NCBI GenBank assembly: GCA_965232515.1
Contig: CBDDPY010000002.1
Location: 2,336,001 to 2,400,000 of the forward strand
Reading direction: 5' to 3'
Source: Alphaproteobacteria bacterium
GTDB taxonomy: Bacteria > Pseudomonadota > Alphaproteobacteria > GCA-2731375
DNA: 64,000 nt
A model generated the notes under the pieces. It worked only from the letters and a program-made list of their open reading frames with translations, ran no database searches and was not told where the DNA came from. Below, piece after piece: positions 1 to 9,678 of this stretch; the first letter of the stretch is position 1, and the number at the start of each line of letters is the position of its first letter. Both the position numbers and the translations under genes were made by a program.

Positions 1-479
1 CCTTCTCGGTGGCTTGGCGGAACCACTTCTACGGCCATATACGCCTGCCCGCCGAACTTATTCCCGAGCGAAAAGGTTAACGGCACGCTCAAGAGATGTG
101 CCGGACAGCGACGGCAATCGGAACTGCCGAAGCCCGCCAGCGGCACGGCGGCGCCCATACAGCTCGAGACCACAGCAAACAGACCGCACTCATTGCCGCC
201 CGGAATGACCGCCACCTCGCCGATCCGTCCTGCGGCGGTCAATTGGTCGACATGCCAGCGGATCGGCTTGTCATGACGCAGGTGCCGTCCCACGCGGGCA
301 CGCAATCCACCGGGTCCATAGGCACTGCCGCAATAGACATAGCGGCCGGGCGGCAAGACGGCGGACCGTCGTCGGCCGAACCGAAGCGGCAACGCGGTCG
401 CCAGATCGACCGTCAGCAGATAGGCGCCGACGGCCGTCGGCAAGGACTCAACGCAAAGCGGATGCGTCAGCTCGTCCAC
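1..479 (-). CDS. GIY-YIG (Uri superfamily)/DUF123 nuclease family protein, 3'-truncated by the window edge
   Basis: Not in the ORF track; translated by hand from GTG at 479: ...GAYLL...GRYVYCGSAYGPGGLRARVGRH...KPIRWHVDQL...EC...GFGSSDCRRCPAHL, which is the DUF123/COG1833 motif set. No stop before position 1. Confidence 0.8.
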   Translation of the reverse strand, partial: MDELTHPLCVESLPTAVGAYLLTVDLATALPLRFGRRRSAVLPPGRYVYCGSAYGPGGLRARVGRHLRHDKPIRWHVDQLTAAGRIGEVAVIPGGNECGLFAVVSSCMGAAVPLAGFGSSDCRRCPAHLLSVPLTFSLGNKFGGQAYMAVEVVPPSHRE

Positions 480-859
480 GTCTTGCAGGGCGGCGATTTG
501 ATCTCGATCTGCACACAGTCCTCCAGCGCCTCGCTGTAGTGCACGACGCCGGGGTCGTGCCGCCAGACCGAGCCGGGCTCGGCGACGAACTCTTCGTCGC
601 CGATCTGCATGCGCAGGCGGCCGCTCAGCAGCGTCGCCACCGAGACATGATCGTCATGCCGGTGCGCCGGATCGATCAGGCCCTTCTTGCGCCAGGCCTT
701 CAGGACAACGAAATCGTCCGTGACCATCAGCACCTTCAGGCTGAGCTCGCCCTGCTCCTTGGCGCCCTCGACGGCGGTAATACGCTCTTCCGCAATATCG
801 CCGTCCTGACGGAAGATCTCCGCCATCGCCTGCATCATGCGTTCGTCGACCTGGGCCAT
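467..859 (-). CDS. Cupin-domain protein
   Basis: HxH (AHRHDDH) followed by LSGRLRMQIGDEEFVAEPG and GVVH cupin motifs; GGGAGG RBS upstream. Confidence 0.75.
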   Translation of the reverse strand: MAQVDERMMQAMAEIFRQDGDIAEERITAVEGAKEQGELSLKVLMVTDDFVVLKAWRKKGLIDPAHRHDDHVSVATLLSGRLRMQIGDEEFVAEPGSVWRHDPGVVHYSEALEDCVQIEIKSPPCKTWTS

Positions 860-891
860 CCGTCCCTCCCGTGACTGGCTAGGCTACTATC

Positions 892-1443
892 TTAACCGCA
901 AAGGAAGTCCGGCCAGCAGGGGAATGAGCCATAGAGCCCGTAGGCGATCGTCTTCCAGGAGATCAGGCCGTACCAGGTCAGGAAATAGGCCAGCAGAACC
1001 GCCCCCGCGACGGCCGAGGCGACGATATAGCGCGGCCGGCCGGCATTCGTCGCGATCGCCTCGGGCGAGATGTCGGCCGTGACCTGGTTCCGGGCGATGC
1101 CGGAGACGCAGATGCCGCCGGGCAAGGCGCGCCTGGCCAGCGAGACGGCGTAGGCCAGATCCGCACCGCCGACGCGATGGTTTTCGATGCTCAGTTCGCC
1201 CAGATTGATGCCGATCTTGGGACCGGCGCCGGCCCGCCGTTGCGCCGCCACCGCGCAATTGACGGCATCGACGACGCCATCGAACTCGGCCAGCAGCCGG
1301 GCTTGCCCGCTGGCCACGACATGGCCGCCGAAACGATCGATCAGCGGTTCGAAGCAGTCATGGCGCCAGGACATGAGCGTAGCGTCATCCCGATCCTCGG
1401 CGACCAGGATCGCCGTCAACGTCATTTCGTCGATATCCGCCAT
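892..1443 (-). CDS. Degenerate class III adenylate/guanylate cyclase-like domain with C-terminal TM helix
   Basis: LLAEFDGVVDAVNCAVAAQ, IGINLG and PGGICVS are typical of alphaproteobacterial cyclases; catalytic motifs are altered; hydrophobic C-terminus. Confidence 0.7.
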   Translation of the reverse strand: MADIDEMTLTAILVAEDRDDATLMSWRHDCFEPLIDRFGGHVVASGQARLLAEFDGVVDAVNCAVAAQRRAGAGPKIGINLGELSIENHRVGGADLAYAVSLARRALPGGICVSGIARNQVTADISPEAIATNAGRPRYIVASAVAGAVLLAYFLTWYGLISWKTIAYGLYGSFPCWPDFLCG

Positions 1444-1481
1444 CGCCCCAAAGACTAGAGCGGGCCGGAACCCGCCGCAAC

Positions 1482-3296
1482 TCAGCCGGCGCGGCGGGCG
1501 CGCTTGCGTTCGTGGGTGTCGAGCAGGCGCTTGCGCAGGCGGATGTGGTTGGGCGTGACCTCGACCAGCTCGTCGTCGGCGAGGTAAGCGATGGCCTGCT
1601 CCAGGCTCATGCGGCGGGGCGGCGTCAGGCGTACGGCGTCGTCCTTGCCGGCGGCACGGATGTTGGTCAGCTGCTTCGCCTTCAGCGGATTGACCTCGAG
1701 ATCCGAGCCGCGGGCGTGCTCGCCGATGATCATGCCGGCATAGACCTGACTGCCGGGATCGATGAACAGCGCGCCGCGCTCCTCCAGGTTCCAGAGCGCG
1801 TACGGCACCGCGGCGCCATCGGAGTTGGCGATCAGGACGCCAGTGCGGCGGCCCGCGACCGGGCCCTTGTGCGGCGCGTAGCTGTGGAACACCCGGTGCA
1901 TCACGCCGGTGCCGCGGGTGTCGGTCAGAAACTCGCCGTGATAGCCGATCAGGCCGCGCGACGGCGCCAGGAAGGTGACGCGGGTCTTGCCGCCGCCGGA
2001 CGGCCGCATGTCGGTCATCTCGGCCCGGCGCTGGCCCAGCTTCTCGACCACGGCGCCGGCGAACTCGTCGTCGACGTCGACCTGCACCTCCTCGATGGGC
2101 TCGAGCTGCTGACCGGTGTCGGGATCGGCCCGGAACAGCACGCGCGGCCGGCTGATGGACAATTCGAAGCCCTCGCGGCGCATGGTTTCGATCAGCACGC
2201 CGAGCTGCAGTTCGCCGCGGCCGGCGACCTCGAAAGCGTCGCCCTCGGCGCTGTCGGTGACGCGGATCGCCACGTTGCCCTCGGCCTCGCGCATCAGCCG
2301 CGACCGAATTACACGGCTCGTCACCTTGTCGCCGTCGCGGCCGGCGAGCGGCGAGTCGTTGATAGCGAAGGTCATGGCCAGCGTCGGCGGGTCGACCGGC
2401 GCCGCGTCGAGCCGGCGCGGATGGGCCGGATCGCAGAGCGTGTCCGCCACCGTGGCCGTCGCCATGCCGGCAATGGCGATGATGTCGCCGGCCTCGGCCT
2501 TGCTCACCGGCACCCGTTCGAGGCCGCGGAATGACAGCAGTTTGGTGATGCGGGTGGTCTCGCTGACGGTGCCGCTGGGGTCGAGCGCCGCGACCGTGTC
2601 GTTCTGGCGGATAACGCCGCTCTCGACCCGGCCGGTCAGCACCCGGCCGAGATAGGGATCGTAGTCGAGCAGCGTCGCCAGCATGGCGAACGGCGCATCG
2701 TGCTCGACGGCGGGCGGCGGCACGTGCGCGACGATCATGTCGAACAGGGCCGACAGGTCATTAGCCGGTGTCGCCGGATCGGTCGAGGCCCAGCCGTCGC
2801 GCGCCGAGGCGAAGGCGGTCGGAAAGTCGAGCTGCTCGTCGCTGGCATCCAAAAGCGCGAACAGATCGAAGACCTCGTCATGCACCTGGTGCGGCCGGCC
2901 GTCGGCGCGGTCGACCTTGTTGACAACGACGATCGGCTTCAGGCCCAAGGCCAGTGCTTTGCCCGTGACGAATTTGGTCTGCGGCATCGGGCCCTCGGCC
3001 GCATCGACCAGCAGCACGACGCCGTCGACCATCTTCAGGACCCGCTCGACCTCGCCGCCGAAATCGGCGTGGCCGGGCGTATCGACAATGTTGATCCGGG
3101 CGCCGCGCCAGTCGACCGACGTGCATTTCGCCAGGATGGTGATGCCACGCTCGCGCTCCAGATCGTTATAGTCCATCGCCCGCTCGGCCACCTGCTGGTT
3201 GGCGCGAAAGGTGCCGGACTGCCGGAACATGGCGTCGACCAGCGTGGTCTTACCGTGATCGACATGGGCGATGATGGCGACGTTGCGCAGGTTCAT
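1482..3296 (-). CDS. typA: Translational GTPase TypA/BipA
   Basis: [42 protein letters not shown], and BipA C-terminus ([19 protein letters not shown]). Confidence 0.98.
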   Translation of the reverse strand: MNLRNVAIIAHVDHGKTTLVDAMFRQSGTFRANQQVAERAMDYNDLERERGITILAKCTSVDWRGARINIVDTPGHADFGGEVERVLKMVDGVVLLVDAAEGPMPQTKFVTGKALALGLKPIVVVNKVDRADGRPHQVHDEVFDLFALLDASDEQLDFPTAFASARDGWASTDPATPANDLSALFDMIVAHVPPPAVEHDAPFAMLATLLDYDPYLGRVLTGRVESGVIRQNDTVAALDPSGTVSETTRITKLLSFRGLERVPVSKAEAGDIIAIAGMATATVADTLCDPAHPRRLDAAPVDPPTLAMTFAINDSPLAGRDGDKVTSRVIRSRLMREAEGNVAIRVTDSAEGDAFEVAGRGELQLGVLIETMRREGFELSISRPRVLFRADPDTGQQLEPIEEVQVDVDDEFAGAVVEKLGQRRAEMTDMRPSGGGKTRVTFLAPSRGLIGYHGEFLTDTRGTGVMHRVFHSYAPHKGPVAGRRTGVLIANSDGAAVPYALWNLEERGALFIDPGSQVYAGMIIGEHARGSDLEVNPLKAKQLTNIRAAGKDDAVRLTPPRRMSLEQAIAYLADDELVEVTPNHIRLRKRLLDTHERKRARRAG

Positions 3297-3454
3297 GGCT
3301 TCGGGTACACCGGAATATCTTTGTCGTGAATGCGAGACTTAAGCTGGGCCGCTCTGGCCGCCAGCGAAATTGTGCAGCGCAGCAATACACCCCCTTCCTG
3401 CCGACGTCCAGCGTGCAGACGACGGCGCCTCACTATCGGTACAAGCCCTTGACA

Positions 3455-3922
3455 ATGTCTGACGATCTGCCGCCCGGCTATCACCCTTTGAACCTGCACG
3501 GCCGCTTCTATGAAAGCGCCGGCCCGCTCTATGCGCGGGTAATGCGAGGGAAATTCAACCTGGCCTTCCGGGTCGCGGAAAAGCACACGAACGCGGCCGA
3601 TATCGCCCACGGCGGCATGCTGGCGACGCTGGCGGACCTGCAGATCGGCATCGGCGCCTGCGTGCAGGCCGACATCAACGGCTTCGTGCCGACGGTCAGC
3701 CTGAGCTGTGACTATCTGGCGCCGGTGCCGCTGGGCCGTTTCGTCGAGGGACAGTGCGAGGTCGCGCGGCGGACCCGCTCACTGGTCTTCATGGAGGCGC
3801 ATCTGATCTCGGACGGCGAGACCGTGGTCCGCGCCAACGGCATCATCAAGATCCCCCGCGACCCGACCCGGATCAACTTGCAGGACATTCTGCCGCCGCC
3901 CTACGATCCGGACGGCAGTTAG
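3455..3922 (+). CDS. PaaI-family hotdog-fold thioesterase
   Basis: HTNAADIAHGGMLATLAD motif and TVSLSCDYLAP; ATG at 3455 is more plausible than the ORF-track start. Confidence 0.85.
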   Translation: MSDDLPPGYHPLNLHGRFYESAGPLYARVMRGKFNLAFRVAEKHTNAADIAHGGMLATLADLQIGIGACVQADINGFVPTVSLSCDYLAPVPLGRFVEGQCEVARRTRSLVFMEAHLISDGETVVRANGIIKIPRDPTRINLQDILPPPYDPDGS

Positions 3923-3938
3923 CGCCAGGCGGCGCTAA

Positions 3939-4023
3939 GCTCGACCCGTCCCGCTCCCCCACCCGACCACCCATTGAGCATACTTCCGTGGGTGGTCGGG
4001 TGGGGGAGCGGGACGGGTCGAGC
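3939..4023. repeat. Perfect 35-bp inverted repeat (REP-like palindrome) with 15-nt loop
   Basis: 3939-3973 GCTCGACCCGTCCCGCTCCCCCACCCGACCACCCA is the exact reverse complement of 3989-4023. Confidence 0.9.
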
Positions 4024-4056
4024 CCGGCCTTTATGGCCGATGGCATAAGGAGCAGG

Positions 4057-4383
4057 ATGATGGCGACCAACGATGGCGAGATGCTGCTGACGGTGTTCCT
4101 GAAGCACGATCAGAGCAAGACTCTGGCGGAAATCAACGCGCATCACGAACAGACCGGTTTCTGGAAGAAGTTCCCGCCGGACGGCATCGAGGTCGTGTCC
4201 TGGTACGTGATGATGGGCATCGGCCAGGTTGTCACCCTGAAGCTGCCCGGTCATCGCCTGCGCGACGTCAACCTGGCGCTTGAGCAGAGCGCCTGGGGCG
4301 GCTTCTCGACCGAGTTCTACCCGACATACGATTTCCAACCGGTCTGGGAAGGCATCAAGGCCCGGCAGGCCGGCGACGACTAG
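4057..4383 (+). CDS. Conserved hypothetical protein (small alpha/beta protein)
   Basis: AAGGAG RBS at 4047, high GC3, globular sequence (FPPDGIEVVSWYVMMGIGQVV...TEFYPTYD). Confidence 0.7.
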   Translation: MMATNDGEMLLTVFLKHDQSKTLAEINAHHEQTGFWKKFPPDGIEVVSWYVMMGIGQVVTLKLPGHRLRDVNLALEQSAWGGFSTEFYPTYDFQPVWEGIKARQAGDD

Positions 4384-4388
4384 AGCCC

Positions 4389-4763
4389 ATGCGGGCCGCG
4401 GGCGCGGCCGTCCTGCTCGCAGTTATCGTCGTCACTGCGAGCGAGGCGGATGAGCGGTTTCTCGAAGGGTCCGAAATCCGATCCCTGATCGTCGGCGAGG
4501 TCACCACCGGCTTCAGCGACCGCGGCCGTTTCTGGACCGAATGGCATGCCGACGGCAGCTATTGCCATCGCCTGCTGGTCAACGATCCCGACCTGCCCTG
4601 CTTTGCCAGGGGCCGCTGGTGGATCGACGGCGACCTGCGCTGCGCCAGGCCGACCACCGCTACATGGCAGTATTGCCGCCGCATTCAGCGCACCGGTCCG
4701 AACGCCTATCGCTCGTTCACATCGGATGGCGCGCTGACCGAAACCTGGTCGGTGACGCGTTGA
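4389..4763 (+). CDS. Hypothetical secreted protein, Cys/Trp-rich
   Basis: N-terminal signal peptide, GRWWIDGDLRC beta-rich pattern; fills the gap between neighbouring genes. Confidence 0.55.
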   Translation: MRAAGAAVLLAVIVVTASEADERFLEGSEIRSLIVGEVTTGFSDRGRFWTEWHADGSYCHRLLVNDPDLPCFARGRWWIDGDLRCARPTTATWQYCRRIQRTGPNAYRSFTSDGALTETWSVTR

Positions 4764-4765
4764 TC

Positions 4766-6556
4766 TCAGTCTCGGCCAAGGTCGCTTGCTTTGGCCGCAT
4801 TGTACCACCAAGTTTCCGGGCGGAAGCCGTAGAGGGGCGGCGCGGCGGGATAGCCGAACTTGTTCCAGTGGGCGACGCGGTCCGAGGTCAAATGGTAGAG
4901 CGGCACGACGTAGTCGCCCCAGAGCAGGACGCGGTCGAGGGCGCGGACGGCGGCAACCAGGCCGTCGCGGTCAGGGGCGGCGGTGATGGCGGCGATCAGG
5001 GCGTCGACGGCGGGTTGGCGGATGCCGGGATAGTTGCGGGTGCCGTCGGCCGCGGCCGAGGCGCTGCTCCAGTAAAACGCCTGCTCGTTGCCTGGCGACA
5101 GCGACTGGCCCCAGGTGTTGATGATCATGTCGAAATCGTAGGTGGCGAGCCGCTCCTGATACTGCGCCGTATCGACGGTGCGGATCTCGACCTCGACACC
5201 GAGCCGCTCGAGGTTGCGGGCGAAGGCCAGCGCCAGACGCTCGTCCTCGCGCCGCGCCAGCATGATCTCGAACCGCATGGCCGTGCCGGTCGCGCGATTG
5301 ACGAGGCGGAGGTCACGGATGTCCCAGCCGGCGGCGGCCAGGTCCCGGCGCGCGTCGCGCAACGCGCCACGCAAGCCACGCGGATTGGCGCCGGGCGGGA
5401 AATAGGCTTGCTCGTACAGCGCCGACGGCAGGGTTTTGCGGAACGGCGCCAGCAACGGCAGCTCGGCCGGCGACGGCGGTCCTTTGGCGGCGAGCTCGGA
5501 GTTGTCGAAATAGCTGGCCGTGCGGGCATAGGCGTCATGGAAGTAGGTGCGGTTGACCCAGGCGAAATCGAAGGCCTGGCCGAGCGCGCGGCGGACGCGC
5601 CGGTCGGCGAAGATCGGCCGCCGGGTGTTGAAGACCAGGCCGTACATGCCGGACGGCCGGCTATGCGGACGTTCCGTCCGCACGACATCGCCGCGCGCGG
5701 CGGCCGGGAAGTCGTAGCCGATGGCCCAGCGCTGCGGGTCCGGCTCGGCGCGCAGATCGACCCGGCCGGCCTTGAAGGCTTCGAACGCGGCCGAGGCGTC
5801 GCGGTAATAGTCGTAGCGGATACGGTCGAAATTGTGCTGTCCGCGCGCCGCCGGCAGGGTCTCGGACCAGTGACCGGCGATGCGGCGATAGGTGATGCTG
5901 CGGCCGGGATCGACGGAATCGATCCGGTAGGGTCCGGTGCCGACGATCGGATCGTAGGTGGTGGCGTCGAAGCGCCGGCGCTGCCAGGAAGCCTTGGACA
6001 GAATGGGCATCAAGCCCAGGATCAGCGGCAGCTCGCGATTGCCGCCGGGCCGGAATACGAAGGTCACGGTGCGAGACCCTTCGCGTACCACCTCCTCGAC
6101 CTCCCGGTAATAGAAGCGATGGTTCGGACGGCCGCTGTGGCGCAGGGTTTCGAGCGAGAACACGACATCGTCGACTATGACCGGGCTGCCGTCGTGGAAG
6201 CGCGCGCTCGGCCGCAGGGCGAAGGTGACCGAACCGCGGTCGTCCGGCATGGAAACGCTTTCGGCCAGCAGCGCATAGAGCGTGAACGGCTCGTCCCAGC
6301 TCCGCCGCAGCAAGCTCTGATAGGTCCGGCCCAAACCGTCCGCCGCCACGCCCTTGACGGTGAAGGGGTTCAGACTGTCGAAGCTGCCGACCCGCGACAG
6401 CACCAGATCGCCGCCCTTCGGCGCGTCCGGATTGACGTAGCCGAAATGCGTGTAGTCGGGTCCGTGCTTCGGCGCGCCATGCATGGCGATGGCGTGATCG
6501 GCCGCGGGCGCGGCCGTCGGCGCGACAAGCAGGAGGGTTGCCAGCAACCTTCTCAT
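4766..6556 (-). CDS. yejA: ABC transporter substrate-binding protein, family 5 (YejA-like)
   Basis: HAIAMHGAPK..YTHFGYVNPDAPKGG, FDSLNPF, SPGNEQ..YW, NYPGI, RALDRVLLWG. Confidence 0.85.
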   Translation of the reverse strand: MRRLLATLLLVAPTAAPAADHAIAMHGAPKHGPDYTHFGYVNPDAPKGGDLVLSRVGSFDSLNPFTVKGVAADGLGRTYQSLLRRSWDEPFTLYALLAESVSMPDDRGSVTFALRPSARFHDGSPVIVDDVVFSLETLRHSGRPNHRFYYREVEEVVREGSRTVTFVFRPGGNRELPLILGLMPILSKASWQRRRFDATTYDPIVGTGPYRIDSVDPGRSITYRRIAGHWSETLPAARGQHNFDRIRYDYYRDASAAFEAFKAGRVDLRAEPDPQRWAIGYDFPAAARGDVVRTERPHSRPSGMYGLVFNTRRPIFADRRVRRALGQAFDFAWVNRTYFHDAYARTASYFDNSELAAKGPPSPAELPLLAPFRKTLPSALYEQAYFPPGANPRGLRGALRDARRDLAAAGWDIRDLRLVNRATGTAMRFEIMLARREDERLALAFARNLERLGVEVEIRTVDTAQYQERLATYDFDMIINTWGQSLSPGNEQAFYWSSASAAADGTRNYPGIRQPAVDALIAAITAAPDRDGLVAAVRALDRVLLWGDYVVPLYHLTSDRVAHWNKFGYPAAPPLYGFRPETWWYNAAKASDLGRD

Positions 6557-7713
6557 GTCGACCGGTTCAGCCGCAGCAGCGCCAGCGACTGCGCCAGCAG
6601 GCTCAGCATGACGATGCCGCCGACAAGGAACGGCCAGTTGATGCCGATGTCCTGAAACAACAGGCCGGCGATCGGCGGCCCGATAATGCGGCCAGCGCCG
6701 CTGGACGAGGTGGCGACGCCCAACGTCATGCCCTGATGCGCCGGCGCGGCCGACTGGCTGACCAGCGCCGTCAGCGTCGGATTCGACAGCGACATGCCGA
6801 TACTGATCAGCGTGATCTGCAACGCCAAGGTCGGCAGATCGTCAATCCAGGGCACCAGGAACAGCCCGGCCGCGAAGAGCGCCGTGCCCAGGCAAAGCAC
6901 ACGCCCCTCGCCGATGGCCTTGGTGATCGGGCCGATCAACAGACCCTGGAAGGCGAACGTCAGGACGCCGATGAAAGCGTAGGCATAGCCGATCTCGCGC
7001 GGTCCCCACTGGAACACCGCGTCCGTCCACAGCGGAAAGATGGCGATGACCTGGCTCATGACGAACGTCAGCAGGAACATCAAGCCGATCAGCCATAGCA
7101 CGCGGCCGTGCAATACCGAACGCAGCGCCGATGTGCGTCCGGGTAGCGCGGAAATGGAGACGTCGTGCCGCACCGGCTCGCGCAGCAGAACGGCGCCCAG
7201 AATGCAGGCCGCGAACGACATGCCGGCGGCGGCGAGACAGGGCGAGCTGAAATCGGGGTTGGCCGGATCGGATCCCGACAACAGCCCGCCGATCACCGGC
7301 CCCAGAACGAAGCCGAGACCGAACGCCGCGCCGACCTTGCCCATGGCGGCCGAGCGTTTCGACGGTTCGCTGATATCGGCGATGTAAGCCTGGGCGACGG
7401 CGATGTTACCGGCCATGAGGCCGTTCAAGGACCGGGCCGCGAACAACGCCGCCAGCGAGCCGGCAAAGCCGAACCAGAGATAGGACAGCCCGCCGCCGAA
7501 CAGCGTCGCCAGCAGCATCCATTTGCGGCCGAAGCGATCACTGAGCCGGCCCCAGATCGGCCCGGAGATCAGCTGAAACACGGAATAGGTGGCGATCAGC
7601 AGCGTTACCTGCGTCGGCGATGCGTCGTAATGCACCGCGTAGAACGGCAGGATCGGAAAAATAATGCCGAAGCCGACCAGGTCGACGAAGACGGTCAGCA
7701 GCAGGATGTACAT
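6553..7713 (-). CDS. MFS transporter, DHA1/TetA-like family
   Basis: GRLSDRFGRK motif A, AYIADIS, GFVLGPVIGG motif C, ~12 TM segments. Confidence 0.9.
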   Translation of the reverse strand: MYILLLTVFVDLVGFGIIFPILPFYAVHYDASPTQVTLLIATYSVFQLISGPIWGRLSDRFGRKWMLLATLFGGGLSYLWFGFAGSLAALFAARSLNGLMAGNIAVAQAYIADISEPSKRSAAMGKVGAAFGLGFVLGPVIGGLLSGSDPANPDFSSPCLAAAGMSFAACILGAVLLREPVRHDVSISALPGRTSALRSVLHGRVLWLIGLMFLLTFVMSQVIAIFPLWTDAVFQWGPREIGYAYAFIGVLTFAFQGLLIGPITKAIGEGRVLCLGTALFAAGLFLVPWIDDLPTLALQITLISIGMSLSNPTLTALVSQSAAPAHQGMTLGVATSSSGAGRIIGPPIAGLLFQDIGINWPFLVGGIVMLSLLAQSLALLRLNRST

Positions 7714-7726
7714 GCGGCGATGATTG

Positions 7727-8881
7727 TCAGGCGGATGTGCCCCGGGCCGCGACCGGCCAGATGTCGACCAGCATGTCACCGCGCACGCAGTGCAGGACGT
7801 CGTGCAGATTGACGGTCGGGTCGCAGTGCGGCGCCTCGATCAACACCGTGTCGCCCAGGCTCAAGCGTTCGTTGGCGTCGCCATAGACCACGGCGCCGTG
7901 CTCGTCGCCCTTGAACCGGAAGGTCGAGCCGACGGGCTCGCCGCCGGCGAAGCGTGGCAACGGCCCGTCCGTGGCGAACACCTTCAAACCGGCATCGACG
8001 ATCGCCGTGTCGCTATGGTTGACGTTGATCGCCGTCGCCTGCACGAACAGCGCCGGCAGGTAGGGCGGCGCGCCGCCGCCACCGACGAAATCGATGCGGT
8101 CGTAGTCGACGTCCATCACGCAATAGGAACCGACCTGCAGCTCGGTGAGCAGGCCCATCTCGGGATCCATGCGATGGCTGCCGCTGCCGCCGCCGGTCAC
8201 CACCTCGGGCCGGACGCCGATCTCGGCCAGGGCCGCCAGCACGTCGCGCAATGGCGCCATGGCGCGCTCCAGCTCGGCCCGCCGCTCGTCATAGTCCGGC
8301 ATGTGCTGCAGATAGCCGGCATAGGCCTGGACGCCGCCGAAGCGCAGGCTGTCGTGGGCGCGAATGGCCTCGACCACGGCCACGCCCGCCGCCGCCTCGG
8401 TGACGCCGGTGCGGGCGCTGCCGACATCGACCTCGAGATAGACCGTCAACGGCCGGTCGCCAGACGCGTTCGCGGCAGCCAGCGCCGCGACGTTGTCCGG
8501 ATGGTCGGCGACGACGGCCAATTGCCTGGCCATGCGGTTGAGCGCGGCGACGCGCTCCGGCTTGCCCGGCGCCACCGCGGGCGAGGTGATCAGCACATCG
8601 GGAATGCCGGCGGCCGCCATGACTTCGGCCTCGCCAACCGTGGCGCAGCAGATGCCGATGGCGCCCGCCGCCAGCTGGGCCTCGGCGATCTGCGGCGTCT
8701 TGTGCATCTTGGCGTGCGGCCGCAGGTTGATGCCCGCGTCCTTCGCCCAGGACGCCATCGTCGCCACGTTGGCCTCGAACTGGTCGAGGTCCAACACCAA
8801 CGCGGGCGTCGACAGGCGCGCGCGCGAATTGGGCGCGTCGATTAATGATTCGTTCGGTCCAAGGCCAGCCAACGGTTTCAC
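7727..8881 (-). CDS. DSD1-family PLP-dependent enzyme (D-threonine aldolase/D-serine dehydratase-like)
   Basis: TPALVLDL, LRPHAKMHK (PLP Lys), RTGV, GGGSG, ELQVGSY, HCDPTVNLHD; GTG start at 8881 with GGAGAGG RBS. Confidence 0.9.
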   Translation of the reverse strand: MKPLAGLGPNESLIDAPNSRARLSTPALVLDLDQFEANVATMASWAKDAGINLRPHAKMHKTPQIAEAQLAAGAIGICCATVGEAEVMAAAGIPDVLITSPAVAPGKPERVAALNRMARQLAVVADHPDNVAALAAANASGDRPLTVYLEVDVGSARTGVTEAAAGVAVVEAIRAHDSLRFGGVQAYAGYLQHMPDYDERRAELERAMAPLRDVLAALAEIGVRPEVVTGGGSGSHRMDPEMGLLTELQVGSYCVMDVDYDRIDFVGGGGAPPYLPALFVQATAINVNHSDTAIVDAGLKVFATDGPLPRFAGGEPVGSTFRFKGDEHGAVVYGDANERLSLGDTVLIEAPHCDPTVNLHDVLHCVRGDMLVDIWPVAARGTSA

Positions 8882-8892
8882 ACCTCTCCAAT

Positions 8893-9678
8893 CTAATCGC
8901 GGTAGGACGCGTCGGTCTTGTCCAGCCGGCGCAGCATGGCGGCGAACTCGAGCGCCCCGACGCCGTTGTCGGATTCGAGCTCGGAGAACCGGTCCATCTG
9001 CTGACCCGACGCCTCGGCGACGCCGTCGGCCAGGATGTTGAGCGCGCCGGCCGCGGCGGCGTCGATCTGGATCTGGCAGGCGCGCTCCAGCCGGTAGAGC
9101 CGCAGGAAGGTCTCCGGAATTGTCCGCCCCGTCACCAGCAAACCGTGGTTGCGCAGGATCAGCGCATGGTTGTTGCCGAGCGAGGCCAGCAGCCGCTCGC
9201 GCTCGTCCGTGTTCAGGCTCGGCCCCTCGTAGTCGTGGTAGGAGAGCCGCCCGTGGAACGCGGTCGAGACCATGCTGACCGGCAGCAGACCGTCTTTGAG
9301 CGCGCAAACCGCCATGCCGGCCCGCGTGTGGGTATGCATGACGCACTTGTGGGCATCGAGGTTCGCCATATGGACGGCGGAGTGGATGACAAAGCCGGCC
9401 CGGTTCACCGGATAGTTGCTCTCGCCGACGATGTTGCCGTCGATATCGATCTTCACCAGGTTCGAGGCCGTGATCTCGTCGTAGTTCAGACCGTAGGGAT
9501 TGATCAGGAACTGCGGCTCGTCGCCGGGCACGCGTACGGTCAGATGGCCATAGATCAGCTCGGTCCAACCGAAATGGTCGACCAGCCGGTAGGCCGCCGC
9601 CAGTTGCTGGCGCAGCACATGTTCAGCCTCAGCCGGCGGCAACTTGCTTACGTCAACGGAACTGAGCGCGACATCCAT
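8893..9678 (-). CDS. Class II aldolase/adducin family protein
   Basis: LAAAYRL, GHLTVRVP, FLINPYGL..EITASNLVK, IHSAVH, HTH, LRNHG. Confidence 0.92.
   Translation of the reverse strand: MDVALSSVDVSKLPPAEAEHVLRQQLAAAYRLVDHFGWTELIYGHLTVRVPGDEPQFLINPYGLNYDEITASNLVKIDIDGNIVGESNYPVNRAGFVIHSAVHMANLDAHKCVMHTHTRAGMAVCALKDGLLPVSMVSTAFHGRLSYHDYEGPSLNTDERERLLASLGNNHALILRNHGLLVTGRTIPETFLRLYRLERACQIQIDAAAAGALNILADGVAEASGQQMDRFSELESDNGVGALEFAAMLRRLDKTDASYRD

Noticed and set aside
4541-6655. Long antisense ORFs (also 17135-19630, 21789-23486, 52333-54465, 54595-56526, 57767-59470)
   Set aside because: These are shadow frames opposite well-supported genes, expected in high-GC3 DNA, and have no recognisable motifs.
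6553-7713. Tetracycline resistance gene tetA
   Set aside because: Generic DHA1 motifs only, with no tetR and no mobile context.
7727-9568. 613-aa ORF suggesting an N-terminally extended or fused PLP enzyme (similarly 14958-17414, 29028-30329, 34118-35764, 54373-56646)
   Set aside because: The extensions are low-complexity Arg/Pro/Gly-rich read-ins overlapping real upstream genes in other frames, and family-typical starts lie downstream.
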